From Anthoceros angustus (Eukaryota; Plantae; Anthocerotophyta), in NCBI GenBank assembly GCA_010909165.1, contig VJWM01000303.1, forward strand, positions 43,082 through 107,081: a DNA stretch of 64,000 nucleotides, in the 5' to 3' direction. Position 1 is the first letter of the stretch. The number at the start of each line of letters is the position of its first letter. The position numbers and the translations under genes were made by a program. Under the pieces are notes generated by a model. That model did no database searches, was not told where the DNA came from, and was given only the letters and a program-made list of their open reading frames with translations. Below, piece after piece: positions 25,980 through 40,211 of the stretch.

Positions 25980-27233
25980 ATGGAGTCGGTTTGCCTCCCC
26001 TCCACTACGTCCAGTGTTGTGAAGACTGTGAGTCCAGCTGAGAATCTCACGATCCTTGTGTGTACTTTGGGACGTAAGCTCAAGATGGCGGTGTGTGAAG
26101 GCGACCATCTTGATTCGGCTTCTTGTAGGCCATTTACGTCCCATGCCTCCGGCAATAAAGCTCGTGAGCGAAGGCTAAGGATAACAATAATGCCTGTGGT
26201 CCCGACGATGCTCGAGCAGCCAAGCGGCGCTGCCGAGACTCGCAGGAAGGTTCACCACATCGCCTGTGGCTAGAACAACCGCCATCGAGCACGGCGGAAG
26301 AGCATCAACGCAAGATGGATACACAAGCACGAGGAGGAGGAGGAGGAGCGGCGTTAGGAGACGGGGCGGCGGGCACTACCAAGGCTAGCTTGAACCAGGG
26401 CGTGACATCGCCGCATCTCGACTCTCCTCCAAGCTTCCTTTCCAACATCGAGTTGGTCAGTTACAGCAGCTCAAAGAACACGTTCTTTAGGCCTGTGGAT
26501 GCGGGCAAGGGTTCAACGACGTGTGAGGACGGCTAGGGGCTGCCGGATCTTCAAGAGGCTAGGGCGGCCACCAGAGCCGACTCGAGCTCGTACACACGGG
26601 TGGAAACAGAGGCGCTTTAATCGAGGTGAGTTCGAATACGAAGGTGCTGACCAACGTCCTCCTGTTCCAACCAGATTTCCAGTTCCAAGCAACGCTATGT
26701 CAGAGACCAAGGTGATCACACCTGGTACTTGGGAAGTGCCGGGCAGCCCGCTGTGGTACAAGTGCCAAATTTCTGGCATCACCATGAAGAGAGTGAGGGT
26801 TGAAATGTTCGTGGAGTGTAAAGGCCATGTGATCAGCTTCTACAGTAAGCCTCCTGCCCATGCACCTTGCTGTTCAGTCTCTCTTGTTGTTGTTTTGAAT
26901 TTTTCCTTATGCCTCTTGGTAATGGTAGCTTGTGGCATAATTATTTCCTAACCCCGCTTATTATCATCACTTGTCTGACTTTGCTCCCACTATCTCCTCA
27001 CAGGGTCTGAAGAGCGACTGGAGGAGGAGCAAAGCTTGGAATCTAGGGACAGAATCTCCTACGAGGAGAGGAAGAAGAGAGCCTCCTCGCTCGGGAGAAT
27101 GAAGTCTTTTCCTCTGACACTGTGGAATATGCTTCATGGGAGAAGCTTGGTGATTCCAGAGAGTAGGGGTTCCTTTAAATCTCCTCATGGAGATTCAGAC
27201 AATGATGACGGTCCTGATTGGGGTTGTGAATAG
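25980..27233 (+). CDS. Antisense spliced accessory gene of Copia-2, unknown function (start uncertain)
   Basis: ORFs 26499-26951 and 27036-27233; intron GTAAGC 26845 to CACAG 27003 with CTGAC branch-like site; homologous to the Copia-1 antisense gene. Confidence 0.55.
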
Positions 27234-27242
27234 CCTGGTAGG

Positions 27243-30200
27243 CTAGGGCTTAGAAATGGCAGTGGGATTGCCTTCATGGCTTCCCATGCCAAGTACTCTC
27301 ATGTGTTTTCATGTAGCTCCTTTCCTAGGGGCTTAGTTAAAATATCGCTGGATTTTCGACGTAGAGGCACATACTCAAGGCGATATCTCGGACTTGATGA
27401 GGTCACGTATAAGTGATACTCAACTTCAACATGTTTAGTCCTGGAGTGAAAAATGTGGATTATGTGCTAAGCTCATTGACCCTTGGTTATCCGTGTGGAT
27501 TGTGCAGGAAGGGAATTCCAAGTTCCTTGAACATTAGCTTGCACCAAGCTATCTCCTTTGCAGCACCAAGTACCGATACTGCCTATTAGATAGGGCTAGG
27601 GTCATTTCTTGCTAGACCAAAGAAATGGGTCCTCCAAACCAACATGACAACATAACGAAATTGATTTCCTTGTGTCTATATCTCCAGAGTAGTCTGAATC
27701 AGTGTAGACATCAAGATGTAAGGGCACTCCAGGTATGTGCTTGTACTTTACACCAATGCTGTGAGTTCCCTTTAGGTATCTGAAAACTCTCTTAACACCT
27801 GTCCAGTGTGTTTGCCCCGGTTTTCCGGACATCGTGATAAGACACTAGTAGAATAAGCTACTCGGCCTAGTGGTATTAGTATATATGAGTTTGCCTACCG
27901 TCTGTAAGGACTAAACTCATCTTCGCTTTTCTAATTGTGTATCACATAGTTTTACTCATCTTCACCCACAAGGCAAAGGAGTTGGAAGGTTTAGCATCCT
28001 TCAATCCAAGTTGTTCAAAGACTACTAAGAAGGTAACGTGGTCGTGTTAATGAGATAGTTCTATTCTTCGTCACTTGAATTAGAATACCAAGACAGCTGT
28101 AAGGCACCTAAGTGTGTCATTTCAAACTTGGTTGATAATAGCTTGTTTATGTCTTTGATGAAGGTGGGATCATACAAGCCAATATGAGGTCATCAACGAT
28201 ACGCTAGGTAACAAACCACCTCTTTTGTCCTGTATATAGGCTCCCATCCTAAACACATCCGAAAAGCCTAACGCTCGCAGCCTCTTCATCCAGGACAACA
28301 TTCCATTCAAGATTTTTTAGACCATACGTAGTCTTAATTAAGCGTAAGACATAATCTTCTTTCCTTTGACCTCGTATCCTTGTGGTCATGTAAATTTCAT
28401 CCGACTTTCCATGTAAGAAAGTGCCTTTACATCAAACATGTCAAGCTCATAGTCATTGTGTGCCAATGCAGATAGTGCAATGTGGCGCTTAACAACAGAG
28501 CATAAGTTTCAAAGTAGTCAAGGCCGGTACTTGAGAAAACCTCTTGACAAGCCCGGCTTTATAACGATCAAAGGTACCATCTCGCTTGACCTTTAGCTTA
28601 ACACCCATTTGCAAGATCGCTTGGCCCCGGAGGTAGTTTAGCTAATTCCCATGTTCCATTTTTTATCAAAGAATCATATTCAGATTGAATGGCCTTCTTC
28701 CATTCAGCAGCGTCAGGACGATTTAAGGCTTCTTCATAAGTCTGAGGTTCCACAGGATCAAGATCAAAATCAACTACATGTATGGAAGGTCCCCTAAAGT
28801 CTTGTGATTGATAATAATCTGGTGCACGTCTGTCTCTTGCAGGATAACGACGCATAGGAAGAGGAGGTGGCTCTTCAATAGGAACTGGAATATCCTCAAG
28901 GTCACTATCCTCAAGGTCACTATCCTCAACATCTGCTGGAACAATGGGTTCAGAATCCGAGAGGGCATGAGAAGGTTGGTCCTGAATATCAGCAGCAAAA
29001 TCAAGTTCAGCATCTGCAGCTTCCTGTTGGTTATCCTCATTATCATTTTGCTGGTTGTCTTCCCCCCTTTCAGGAGCAAACTCCTCATTAGGGTGATCAG
29101 GGAAAACAATGATGTTAGGAAGAGCAGATAAATCAAAATCATCTAAAGAAGTGGGAGGAGCTCCCACCGCCGAACTTTTTGTTCATCAAAAGTAACACTG
29201 CGGGCATAAACCACGTGTTCTCGGTACATCATATAATTTATATGCTTTAATACCTTGATGTATCCTATCATAAGATATTTCTTGGCTTTAGCTAACTTAG
29301 GACGTTTCTTCTTTGGATAAATGCATAAGCTATGCATCCAAAGGTTCTAAGGTGTAAGATAGCTGGTTTTCTGCCAAAAAGGCTTCATAAGGGGTGTCAC
29401 AAGTGCATTAGTAGGCGTTATGCAAGTACATCTTATAAGGGCCTCAAATAAGCGAAGGAAGCTTGATGAAGCATAGGAAGTCATTTTCCCAAGGTCGATT
29501 CATGTTCGCCACACCATTTTGCTGTGGTGTATACACAACTGTGAGTTGCCTTCCGATTCCCTGTGCTGTACAAAAAGATTGGAATTCACTAGAAGTAAAT
29601 TCACCTCCATTGTCTGATCTGAGGGTTTTTAACTGCTTGCCAGTCCAGCGTTCTGTGTACTTCATATATTCTTTGAAAAGAGAAAAGCACTCACTTTTGG
29701 CTTTGAGGATATAAGCCATGACAAACCTTGTTTTGTCATCTGTGAATGTCAGGAAATATTTGCCTCCACCGATTGAAGGCTGGGAGAGAGGTCCACAGAT
29801 GTCTGTGTGAACCAGCTCAAGAACTTCTGAAGCCCTGTAGGGAGCTTTATTTTTAAAAGCTGCCTGATGACGTTTGGATAAAACACAGGCTTCACAGAGA
29901 GGTAAAGGTGGCAATGTGCCAATTTTTCCATCAAGATACAGGTCACTTTGTGCAAGTTTCTGTAACTTAGCACTATGTGGGTGACCTAGGCGAGCATGCC
30001 ATAATTTAGTTTTGACTTCTAACTTACTAGTAGATTCTGTAGACTTAGAAGCTAAATGTGTTTGTGCTGTATGGCTGTCTGTATGCAGACGGAAGAGGTC
30101 ATGTGAGGATGACCCATAAGCTAGGATCTTACGATGGTCAAAGGCATCAATGATCCTACACTCTGTAGGAGTAAATAGGATGTGAGTATTATTATCCATG

Positions 30201-31364
30201 TTGAGTCTCCTAACAGAGATGAGATTCCTAGTCATTTCTGGAACATAATACACATCTTTCAGTATGAGTGTAACTCCAGAGGGGACTGGAATTTCTACAA
30301 AGGCTCGCTCGAGACACTAGTGATCATCACCTAAGTAAACAAATTGATTGTCTACTAACTCGTATGTGACAAAGGCATTTTTGTCAAAGCATATGTCACA
30401 GACCTGTCAAGGTACCACTCATCGGTTTACCTTGTGTGTTTGCAGACAAACAGTGGGGTTAACAAGAGGATATGCAAACTTCCTAATCCCCATGAAGGGC
30501 GAAGGTGAGCCTTGCTTTTCACCACAACATGTGTCTAAGTAGAGTTGCCCTCCTTGCGAGGTACTCCTACCGCTTCTTCGACATTCATTTTCCCAATGTC
30601 CCGAATGCACCGTGGCATTTTCCGACTTGGGTTTCTTCTGTGCTGCCTCGCCGTGAGCCAAAGACCTTGAAAGGTATTCTGCTTACCTTTGAAGTTTTGC
30701 GCCCTTGTTTTTGTTGTGGTGTAAAAGCTGCCGCTTACCAAAGACGCCTGGCCCTCTTGTAGCCTCTTCCAAGAAGAGCTCCCACTAACTCGTAAAAAGT
30801 TGTCTGTGGTATTGTGACACCCGCATTTTAGCAATTTTGAAGCTGTAGTGTGAAGTATTGTAAGAGGTCACAAATGTGACCAAGAGTCGTAGAGACATCA
30901 TGAAATACGGTTAGTAGCTCATCGATAGAGCCTCCGTGAAGCACTTTCCAACTTAGAAACAAGGGATCTAAAGTGCCCAACATGTTTTTCAATTGTCTCT
31001 CCTTCTCTCATTCTCGCAATTTTGTATGTTGCGGCGTCACATCGACTTGTGGTATTAACCTCACAGACTCATGTAATCTGTCCATATCTCAAAAGATGTA
31101 TTACAACCAAGTCCACAGAAAGATGTCGAGGTTAGTCCACTTCTCAACAGTCAGCTTCATCCTCACATACCAAGCTTCTTGTAGTTTCTTTTCGAGGAAG
31201 AGGGAGTAGCATCAGAGGCATCAAGTGTTGGACGTGACTCATCTCCTTATTCTCCACAACCTCTTACTTTGTAAGGCTCCTTTCATACGCATGACCCAAA
31301 TGTCATAGTCGGCCCCCAAATCTATCTTTCTCCTTAAAGATATCACCATAGTGGTGTCACCCAT
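27243..31364 (-). pseudogene. gag-pol: Copia-2 gag-pol polyprotein (frameshifted as assembled)
   Basis: ORF 29444-30253 gives WHARLGH, CEAC, LELVHTDICGP, LRSDNGGEF, PQQNGVA; EPQTYEEAL...WELAKLP; YTDSDY. Confidence 0.95.
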
Positions 31365-32514
31365 TTGTTAGAATGTGATTATTCTATCCTAATCTAGGGA
31401 GAATGTATGCGACTTGTAACCTATCCGCATAAGGTACAAATCAAGAGAGAAAGACGGGAAGGAATATGATGCTATCGTGCATCTTAGATAGACTAGAGCA
31501 GCCCTTTCTACAAAGGGTGATCAAATCTACCAACTTGAGGTAAATTGGCTTGTTGATTTGCTAATCTATTTTCTATCCTTTGATGTCTAATCTCCCATCT
31601 AAATGCATAAACAGAGCATGAAGGATGTGAATTTGGAGCATCAAAAGTGTTGCTTATACTTCTAGTTTTGCAAGCAACACCTCTGCTGATTTGTTAGCAA
31701 AGCGGCTTAAGCAAGGTAAGCAACTTGAAGTCCAAATGTCCTATTCGCTTTCAAATCTTGCAAGTCAACACCGACTTGCTATCTTGTGACGGATGCTCGA
31801 AACGCCATCAACATATTGTTGATGTGTTTCTATTCTTGCATTTAATTGTGACACACTAACATGTGGTGATGTGTGTGTTGTCGTGAAACCCCTAGGGTTA
31901 CCGCACGATGAGTGGAAGATTAATTTGATTCTGGGTGGTGGAGCAAGCAACAAATGGTATGTTGTGGGAAGATCGCCTCAATCGATTATTGAAGGAATCT
32001 CTCACAATCCGGGATAGTTCGGGTCTTGTGTTTGAAGAATCCAATCCGTGGTTTGGTGGTAGAGTGATTCGCAAAATTCACCGCCTCTTGAATTCTTGTT
32101 CTCTGTGAGCATTCCTCCGTTGGATGCGCCACAGGCGTGGCCGCCATTGTTGCCCCATCAAATTGGCCATTCATTTGGCCAGCTTTTGTATTTTGTTATT
32201 TTTCAAGAAACATTTGTAACTTTGTGAATGATTCTATAATTAAATATTTGTTACGCAGCTTGTTCTAGCGTGCCTAGTTGTTGCAGAGTGCAATGACAAT
32301 GGATGCACTAGAACAACCTACTAGAAATGCAAATCTTCTAAATATAAAATCAAGAAAGCTATAAACCTATTTCTTGAAATATGTTCTTAAAGTAGTTTCT
32401 TTAAAGGAAAAGAACAATAAAACATATAAACAAAATACATTGTCCTGCACATCGAATGTGCATTTTAATGCATTCTCACAAATGCACTCTACACCTAAAC
32501 ATGGCTCGATACCA

Positions 32515-32770
32515 TGAAAAAATATGAGAATTGGTGTAGATCAATTGCTATAAAATAACTACATTATTATATTTGTTAAAACAATGAGTATGTAAAACAC
32601 AAGCAAAATAATCGAACTTAACCTAGGTGGGTCATCAGACACACCTTCATAAGGACGAACTCCTAATGAACGGGCACCTGAGACTCATAATAGCTATGTG
32701 AACAGCATTCACACTATATATGTGTACCAAACTCGAACCCTAATGAATTAATACCACCTTGTTCTCACTG
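32515..32770 (-). repeat. Copia-2 5' LTR
   Basis: Direct repeat of 25715-25960, adjacent to the PBS. Confidence 0.92.
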
Positions 32771-35079
32771 GCTTATGTGCCCTTTGTCACAAGTATGCAA
32801 GGAATTGGGGCATAAGATGGGGGGATCCTGTGTGTCTAGAGTGCGCAGAGTGGCGTACCAACATGCACTAAAATGCTTACGGGAGCCAGGCGTGAGGAGG
32901 CACGCACCAACTCTCGAAAACCGCGATTACAAAGTGACTATTGCACGACTGCATTAAAAAGCGTGGAAGCGTTTTAACATGATTTCTCGATAATCCAAGC
33001 ATGGCATCGTGATTGTGGAAGAAGGATATGAGGGAGAGATGAGCCGCGACGAAGGATTGATGGGTGTAATAGCAGGACCACCCGACCGGGAGCGACGGAG
33101 AAGGGTCAAGTGGGCGGAAAAGAAGCTGGGCCATCAAGAAGAGAGGAAGCGGAGGAAGGTGGGGATGACTCACCTGGCCTCCAGACGCTGAAGGAGAGGT
33201 CCTACTCTGAGGAGCTGAGGAACGGACCCACCCATCAAGGGCGGGTGGGCGGACTACCACTAGCCTTCAAGACCCCGGCAGCGGTAGGCGGTGCGGCACT
33301 CTACCGTGAAAGGTGATGAGAAAACGTGAGGGGAGGAAGGATCAAGTTTCCTCCCGATATCGCCCACGAGGGCGGCGGCGCTTTCAAGATGAGCCGAACA
33401 GCCCACCCAAAGATGCGGGCAAGAAGGTATGAGCGAATCGCGATCCGCCGGTATGGAGTCCCACCTCGGCTGTGAGGACCATGCATCTGTCGTGGCTGCA
33501 ACGGGAGGAAAACCTCGCCGAGCAATTCCAGCTCACGCATTGTTTACCTACTTAACCCCGTGGTCAACTTGAGGCACTGGCTATGAAGTCCGCCGAGATC
33601 CCAAATTGTAAAGGGAAGCGATCGTGGGCATCCCCGAGGCTATGGGAACGAGGGCGCCGCCCGGGGAGTAAAACGTGGTCGAACTTGTTGATTTGGGGCA
33701 CCAAATCGAGGCTGAAATCATGGATGTTTGGTGCCCAATGCCACTGGATTTAGGATCGAGTCAACCTGATGATTCGGGAGAAAACAGCCATCGCTTTGGG
33801 TTCACCAAATTCCACCGTCCGAGAGTGTTTTAAGTGACAACACTAAACAAGGAGGAAGCCACTGGAGTGTTGAGAAACGACCTATCGTGATTGATTGACA
33901 GTCTCACCTTCCACCTTACCTACAAACAAGGTCTCTTAAGAAGTAGAGACACACCTCTCTTTTAGAGACATGTCCATTTGGTCACATTCGACCTACAAAT
34001 TGGCAACCAATCTGGATTTGGTGCTTTTCCAAAACCAAGGGCAAAAACCTATTTCCATTTCCGTAGTTGTCAAAAGCATCTTTTCTACCTTTTGATGTCT
34101 TTTAACCCCGTTAAGAAAGGTCCATGGTTGACTGGTTGGAAAATACCCCGCTTTTAAGGCTTTTAAGGGCATTTTCAAAACCGCTTTGTCGCTTTGAACT
34201 GGACATTTATGACAATTTCAGACCAATGTGCTAAGTTGAAAACCCGCAATGCCACCTCAATATGCTAACACGGTTTTTGTACACATTGGTCCAAGTATGC
34301 CCGACATCCCGCCTACCGATCGCAAGGTTGTGGCACCATAAAAACAAGAAGGACATGTGTCTTCATGTCAACTACCCGACACACAAACATGCATACACAC
34401 ATCCGATTTGGTACTATAGTGGGAGACTAGAGGTATAAGACACCAATATCCCCACATGGGCCATATGCCCAACTATATGTCCGCTGCTCCAAACTATACA
34501 AAAATGCTCACATATATTAAAAGAAAAGTGCCATGGCACCATATAACCGAATCGGACAACCGTCACTTTTAATTTAGTCAAGTGACCCATACTCATAAGC
34601 GAATAGACTAGGGTGTCGGACCTAGGTTGGATCCGCAGCCTGCCAAGTCAAGCTTTTCTTGTCGCCAAAGGCACGGACATCCGGTGACCTTTGCACCACA
34701 TTGTCGCATAAGCGACAATTTACGCCCCACTCATATGATCAAGTTTGAAGTCACGGTGCTCTAGCACTCCACCCACACCAAAACAAGCGCCTATCCTAGC
34801 TGTGGCCGGGGCTCCCAAAAAGGAGGGACCTCATCACCGGGCTTGCTTCCTCCACTGCAGAACCTCCCGCCTATATGTTGGCACCTACATACATGAAGAG
34901 CGCCATTGGCTCACACAAGAAGACCTTACTACCCATGCAGGAATAAAGAATAGCCCACCAAGAATATCAAGAGATGCAGCGAATATCAACACAATGCAAA
35001 GAACATCAATAAAGACCAAAACCAGAATCACTGCAAGGCAACCTACGGATGCATGAATTGAAACACCTTACTACCAATT

Positions 35080-35585
35080 GCCTTCACTCACCGGAGGCCC
35101 GGCTCACATCTCGAACCTCTACAATGCCAATGCCTTGGCACTGCTTCCGCCACCATTACAAGCGCAAGCTCCTCCTCGACGCCTTCGCCCACACCGCCTC
35201 TTCGCCTCTAGCTCCTCCTTCGTCAACTCCTCACTGCTCGCTTTACGGCCGATATGGTCTCGAACCTCCGCAGCCCATCTCACCGCCTTCACCTCCTTCC
35301 CGCCCATCGTGAGATCATGGCGGATGTCACGGGGCCTCACGCGCCCTCCCTCCTTGCTATAGTCCTCACCTCCTCCGGGCTCCCTCAAAGAAACCCTTAT
35401 CCCCACCTCCCCTGTGGAACCACGCAGGCTTTGGGAGTGGCAAACGGATGCCACTCAAGGGTTGGCCACCAATCGCGATGATGCCTCGGAGGGACGCCCC
35501 ACGACGCCTCCTCAAAGTGGCTCTCCTCCTCGCCCTCTTCTGCAATGTCTGCACCGTGACCCGTGGTGGGATCGGTAGCCGCCAC
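35080..35585 (-). CDS. Small uncharacterised cargo ORF inside the DNA transposon
   Basis: Joins ORFs 35397-35585 and 35119-35454 across frameshifts; preceded by acceptor-like TTTATTGCAG; no family recognised. Confidence 0.35.
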
Positions 35586-36201
35586 CGGTCCTCATATCCG
35601 CTTTGGTCTGCAATAAACACTTTTAACACCCGTCGGTGGAGGCGCTCCGCATCAGTACCAGATCAACCGGAAAATTGACGACACTTTTGAATGGATTCTT
35701 CCTCCGCTGCCGCTCAACCTGGAAGGCAAACGGAGAATTGCGCCTGTTGTTGGAGAGCCGAGTACTTGGCAAAGGGCCAAAATACCACATGGCGCAGGCT
35801 GTGCTTACGTCGTCCCCAACTCCGCCCCAATAGCTCAAAAGCCCGCTGCTGCACCTCAACCGCAAGCCCGAGCCCACTATCACAAAACCCAAATATGGCC
35901 GTAAACAAGCTAATGCTCACCACAATTAGAACGGAGCTTTAGCACCGGACATCCGGCAAAAGGCACAATGCATCAAGATCAAAACTCTATGTCAAAACAT
36001 GAACACGGATCACACATCCACATATACCCTAAACATCTATGTCACGACTATGTATTCACCGTCCTCGACCTCGACTCTCGGGCCAACCTCGAAATTAATC
36101 CTTGGTGGGTTAAGATCGCTCCTCACCGAGTCCACACCTTCCACAAGTCTACCAAATAATCAACGGATGCATCAAGATTCAACGTTGTCCAAGTCTTCGA
36201 A

Positions 36202-39200
36202 TCAATTCGCTCGGCCACCACTTGCTTCACCATCAGGAGGAAGCAAAGCTTCCTCACTTGGCTCGCCGTAATCAAGACCTTCCTCCTCAAAGATGTCCAT
36301 TGTGTCTTTGCTCAAAGTCTTGTTCCTCGTCAACTCGAAATCATAACCCATGATTGTGGTCTCCAAAAGCTTGATTGGTTGCACATGTTTCTTCAAAGGG
36401 TGCTCACGACCTTTTCTACGCCGGAGGGTTGGTTAGCACCCACTCTTCCGAATACCTACCCTCCAATGCATTAGGGTTTTGGCGCCACCGTGGACTTGCC
36501 ACGTCCGGTGGCCATGGTCTACATCCACAACCTTACCCCGGAAAGGACCGTCCGGATCATCTCCTGACTGGACCGCAATCATCATGCCACTGGATCTCTT
36601 TAACCGATCCTCCGTGTTGCTCTGCACGCCCTTCGGCGGCATTCTGTGGCCCCTGTAAACCTCTCGCTCATGTCCAATATGCGTCTGCAAGTGTAGCGTC
36701 CACTATCACTTCATCCGGAAGAGCCACTGCGGGTTCTTGTAATGCTCCTCCGGTTATACCATTTCGTGTCCAATGGACGAAGAGCTCAGACGCTACTACC
36801 CGCTATGGCCAATCGCTCTTCCCAAAACCATCCCACCAAAGTAGCCGATGACCATTGAAGACTTGATGGAAGTTCTTAAACGCTCTGTTGTCTTCCACTC
36901 CGATAGCCTATCGCCGCACTGCATGTTCTCTTTGGCCTTGGATTTCGCCTGACCAAGTGGCGAGTGAGCCGCACAATCCCTCTCTGGGACTCCATCCCGC
37001 AACAGCTGAACACCACCATCTGGGCTCCAATGCGCAGCAATGGAAAACTGCTTGCACCTCAGGACCGTCACAAACACATGACTAGGCAACTCTTCGCGAG
37101 TGATTTTAAACTGATGTTGGAAACTGTGATTATGTAGAGTAAATGTTGCAGACGGACCCCCAGGCGGCCACAAATATTGCTTAAAGTTGGGCACCTCTTT
37201 CATAAGATAGATCTTTGGTGTCGGAGTATAAGCCCTCTCAAGGCAACCGATTAGCTCCGGCAAGGTGTAGGCCTCCTTCGACAATGCAAAAACGGAAAAC
37301 ATTTGATCAATCGATCATGGGTATGGCCAACAATTAGAAATCCTAGTTTCACCTTCTTGAAAATACCTCGGTCCACTAACATGGCGAACCAACACTTCTT
37401 AGTTCTTATTCGAGCATTATTGTCCATCCGCAGTAAAGAGTTTGAGGCAAGGCCTCCCATCCGTTAATAACATGCTGGACTACGGCAATTGTCCCGTTAG
37501 GGTCATTTCTGATTTGGATAGCTCGTAAACATAAGTTCTCATGTATTTGTTAAACACCAAAACTCCAACCACATGGATGAGACGAGCAAAGACTATCCAC
37601 ATCTTTGGGCACTCATGGAAATGAGGCAACCTTTTGGTCCATACCATCTATCGCAATCCCCAGGTACTTGGTCGGTTGAGCCATACACTTGCCGCGATGC
37701 TTTGCCATTTTCGCCCGCTCCATCTGTTGTTGATCCCGGTGGTAATTGAGGAGTTCCCTAAGTCTATCTGCACATACAAGACAAGTGCCATCATCAACAG
37801 CAGCCCCAACAACTCAGTCGTGCTAGGCTACATCAACCTTTGTACTGAACCCTAAAGAACAGGGTCTAGGGTTTTCCGCCGACAACTACTATGAAAAAGG
37901 ACACCTAGCAATCACCGGACATCCTGCTTAAAAAGGGAGCGGTTCATACGCAGACCTTGCTCCCTCGTTTCGCGTTTTAATTTTCGCTTTAAGCTTCTCA
38001 CAACGATGCTCCAGAATCGGTTGCATCTTGGAATCTTGACGGACCGGAAATGCCGTATCCACAGCTTGCAAAAATAGCTATAACAAACATGAGTGGTAAT
38101 TGCTCTAGCTGCTGCCTAGCATACTCAATGTAAATCTCCTCTTTTGTGAATGTATCCGGTAGGTTGAACACTTCCCTGTTGGGTAGTCTTTCCACGTTTC
38201 TTTTGAAAAACATATCCATCCACATGACAGCCTGCAGTCCGTATGAAGTTGGAATTTTACCAGGCCTGCCCTCGGCGGCAAACCTAGTCCCCTTCTGCAC
38301 TCGGGCCTGGGCATTCCGATATCGTAGTGCACCAATACAGAAAACTCGGCAGAATGCCCTTACACAAATTGAAACCTTCCCATGTGGCAGCTTGTTCACC
38401 CATCCGGTCACCATACCTGTTTCCTCGTCTTCGACAACATCAATAAGGTCTTGCAAATGCTTTCTGCCCCTTTTGTCATGGAAAAAGAACAACGAAGTGA
38501 CTTGGCCATTCGCCTTGCTAAACACTTTTCGCATAACATTGTCTCTTCATGTCTCTGAAAGCACCGATTACAATGCTTCGCCAAGACATGATCCTTTAAC
38601 CTTGGCAAAGACGGTTCTTTGTTGAGCAAACAACCCTATCGCGAGATTGCAACTCCAACCCCCGGACTTAGGATTAGCAGGGGCAGATTTCGGCAAATCT
38701 TCATTGTGATCTAGTGCCACATCTCCAAACAAGGCAATTGGATCACGTACAGTTTGGTCGCCTGCTCTCTGGCGGGTCCTCCATGACCCAATGCCGAAAT
38801 CGAAAGTCTACGATCGCATGCATCTTCTCACCGCAGGAGACTCACCAACACTGCCTGTAATCCGTGTTGTCATTCGTGTGGTGTGACACAAGGTTGATGG
38901 TACTCTGCACACCATGGACTTGTTGTAGGTGCCACCTTGTCACCTTCCGCCAGAGCCACCCGCTTTGGCGCGTGGATTTGGATCGAGGAACATCCTTGCC
39001 AATTTCTTGGCACCGCGATTTGAGCAGGACTGGGTATATAGTGCACCGGGTGCCGCCGAGGTGGGCCGAGGTTGCGCTGTCGGTGGTGGATATCGGGCCG
39101 CCCATGTCGAGCTCGGACATGCCGGTCCACATGTGCTGCAATTTGCTCGGTCCGCCCGCTCCGAGTCCATCCCGGATCAAACAAGTAAAGGTCTCCATCA

Positions 39201-39505
39201 CTTGCACGGCGTCCAACGTATCACCAGAAGTCGGTTTGATCCAAATGGCGTGTCCGGGTCTTGAAGCTTCGCAGCCTTTCACCGGACGTCCCGGGGTTTA
39301 CCTGGGGTGCTGCAACGTCTTGAATGTCGACCACGTGGGAATTTGACACATTGCCTAGTGGACCACCATGCCTAGCATCTGCTGCGGCCTCTGCCGCCAA
39401 GTCCACGATATCCGACTCAGACACATGGCCGATGTCTTCATCAGCCACTAGTCTGTCGTTCACCAAATCAAAGAACTCCTCCTCTGCATTGAGATCGCTT
39501 GCCAT
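36202..39505 (-). CDS. DDD transposase, DUF7869/Sola1-like, intron-containing, frameshifted as assembled
   Basis: ICVRAFCRVFCIG; WMDMFF..ERLPN...LPDTFTKEEIY; IAIDGMDQK..LPHF (~37620-37657); MDN..; KVKLGFLIVGHTH..DQMFS; C-terminal GMMIAV...PF...FELT domain; probable intron ~37770-37900. Confidence 0.85.
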
Positions 39506-40211
39506 TGCTCGTGACTAGTGAAAACGCAATTGTTGAGAACGCGTGTGCTCGAGGAGGAGACCGAAGATTGCCCCCAGCTCAACATCATGTATAGATGCCT
39601 CGTCGGACCGCATTGATTATTGACAATTAGGACGGATATCTACTTTGCGGCTACAAATCATGGCAGTTGAGGATCGTTAAATGCATTCACAGATTGCGAG
39701 AATCGAGGAGCCTGAGATTTTGCAATAGAAATTGAGTTTTGGCAAAACTAGGCATATTCCATAAAATATGCTTTATTCTTTGTTTAGCGGTTGTGTCCTG
39801 CTCGGCGAAACATGGCGCGCAGTTACGGTGCATCAACCCAAATTTGCGATTCCACCATTTGGCGGTTGCAGTGGATCGTCTACTGTCCGCGGCCACACAC
39901 TGTGCCATCCACCCGTCAGAGATCAAGCTGGAAAAGGGTTGCAAAATATTGCGAGGAGATGCATATAGCGGGCACCAAAGGTTCACTCCGAAGTATTTTG
40001 GTAACCGTGGTGGTATTCGACCACTTCCATATCGGGAGGTTCATATCGCCGTCGAGGAGTCGGTGGATCTGAGGATCATCGGCGCTTCATCCTCACTGGT
40101 TGTCCGGTGATTCAAGAGGAGGGTATCAAGGTGGGCTGATGAAGCGTGCTACTTGCAGTCCATAATCCATAGTGCGTGATGCCTCATTGCTACTTGGTTT
40201 GTGTTTTGCAG

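Larger units (their letters stand above)
25715..32770 (-). mobile_element. Full-length Ty1/copia LTR retrotransposon (Copia-2)
   Basis: LTRs 25715-25960 and 32515-~32770; PBS TGGTATCGAGCCA 32502-32514; PPT 25961-25969; near-TSD GTTAT / GcTTAT. Confidence 0.95.
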
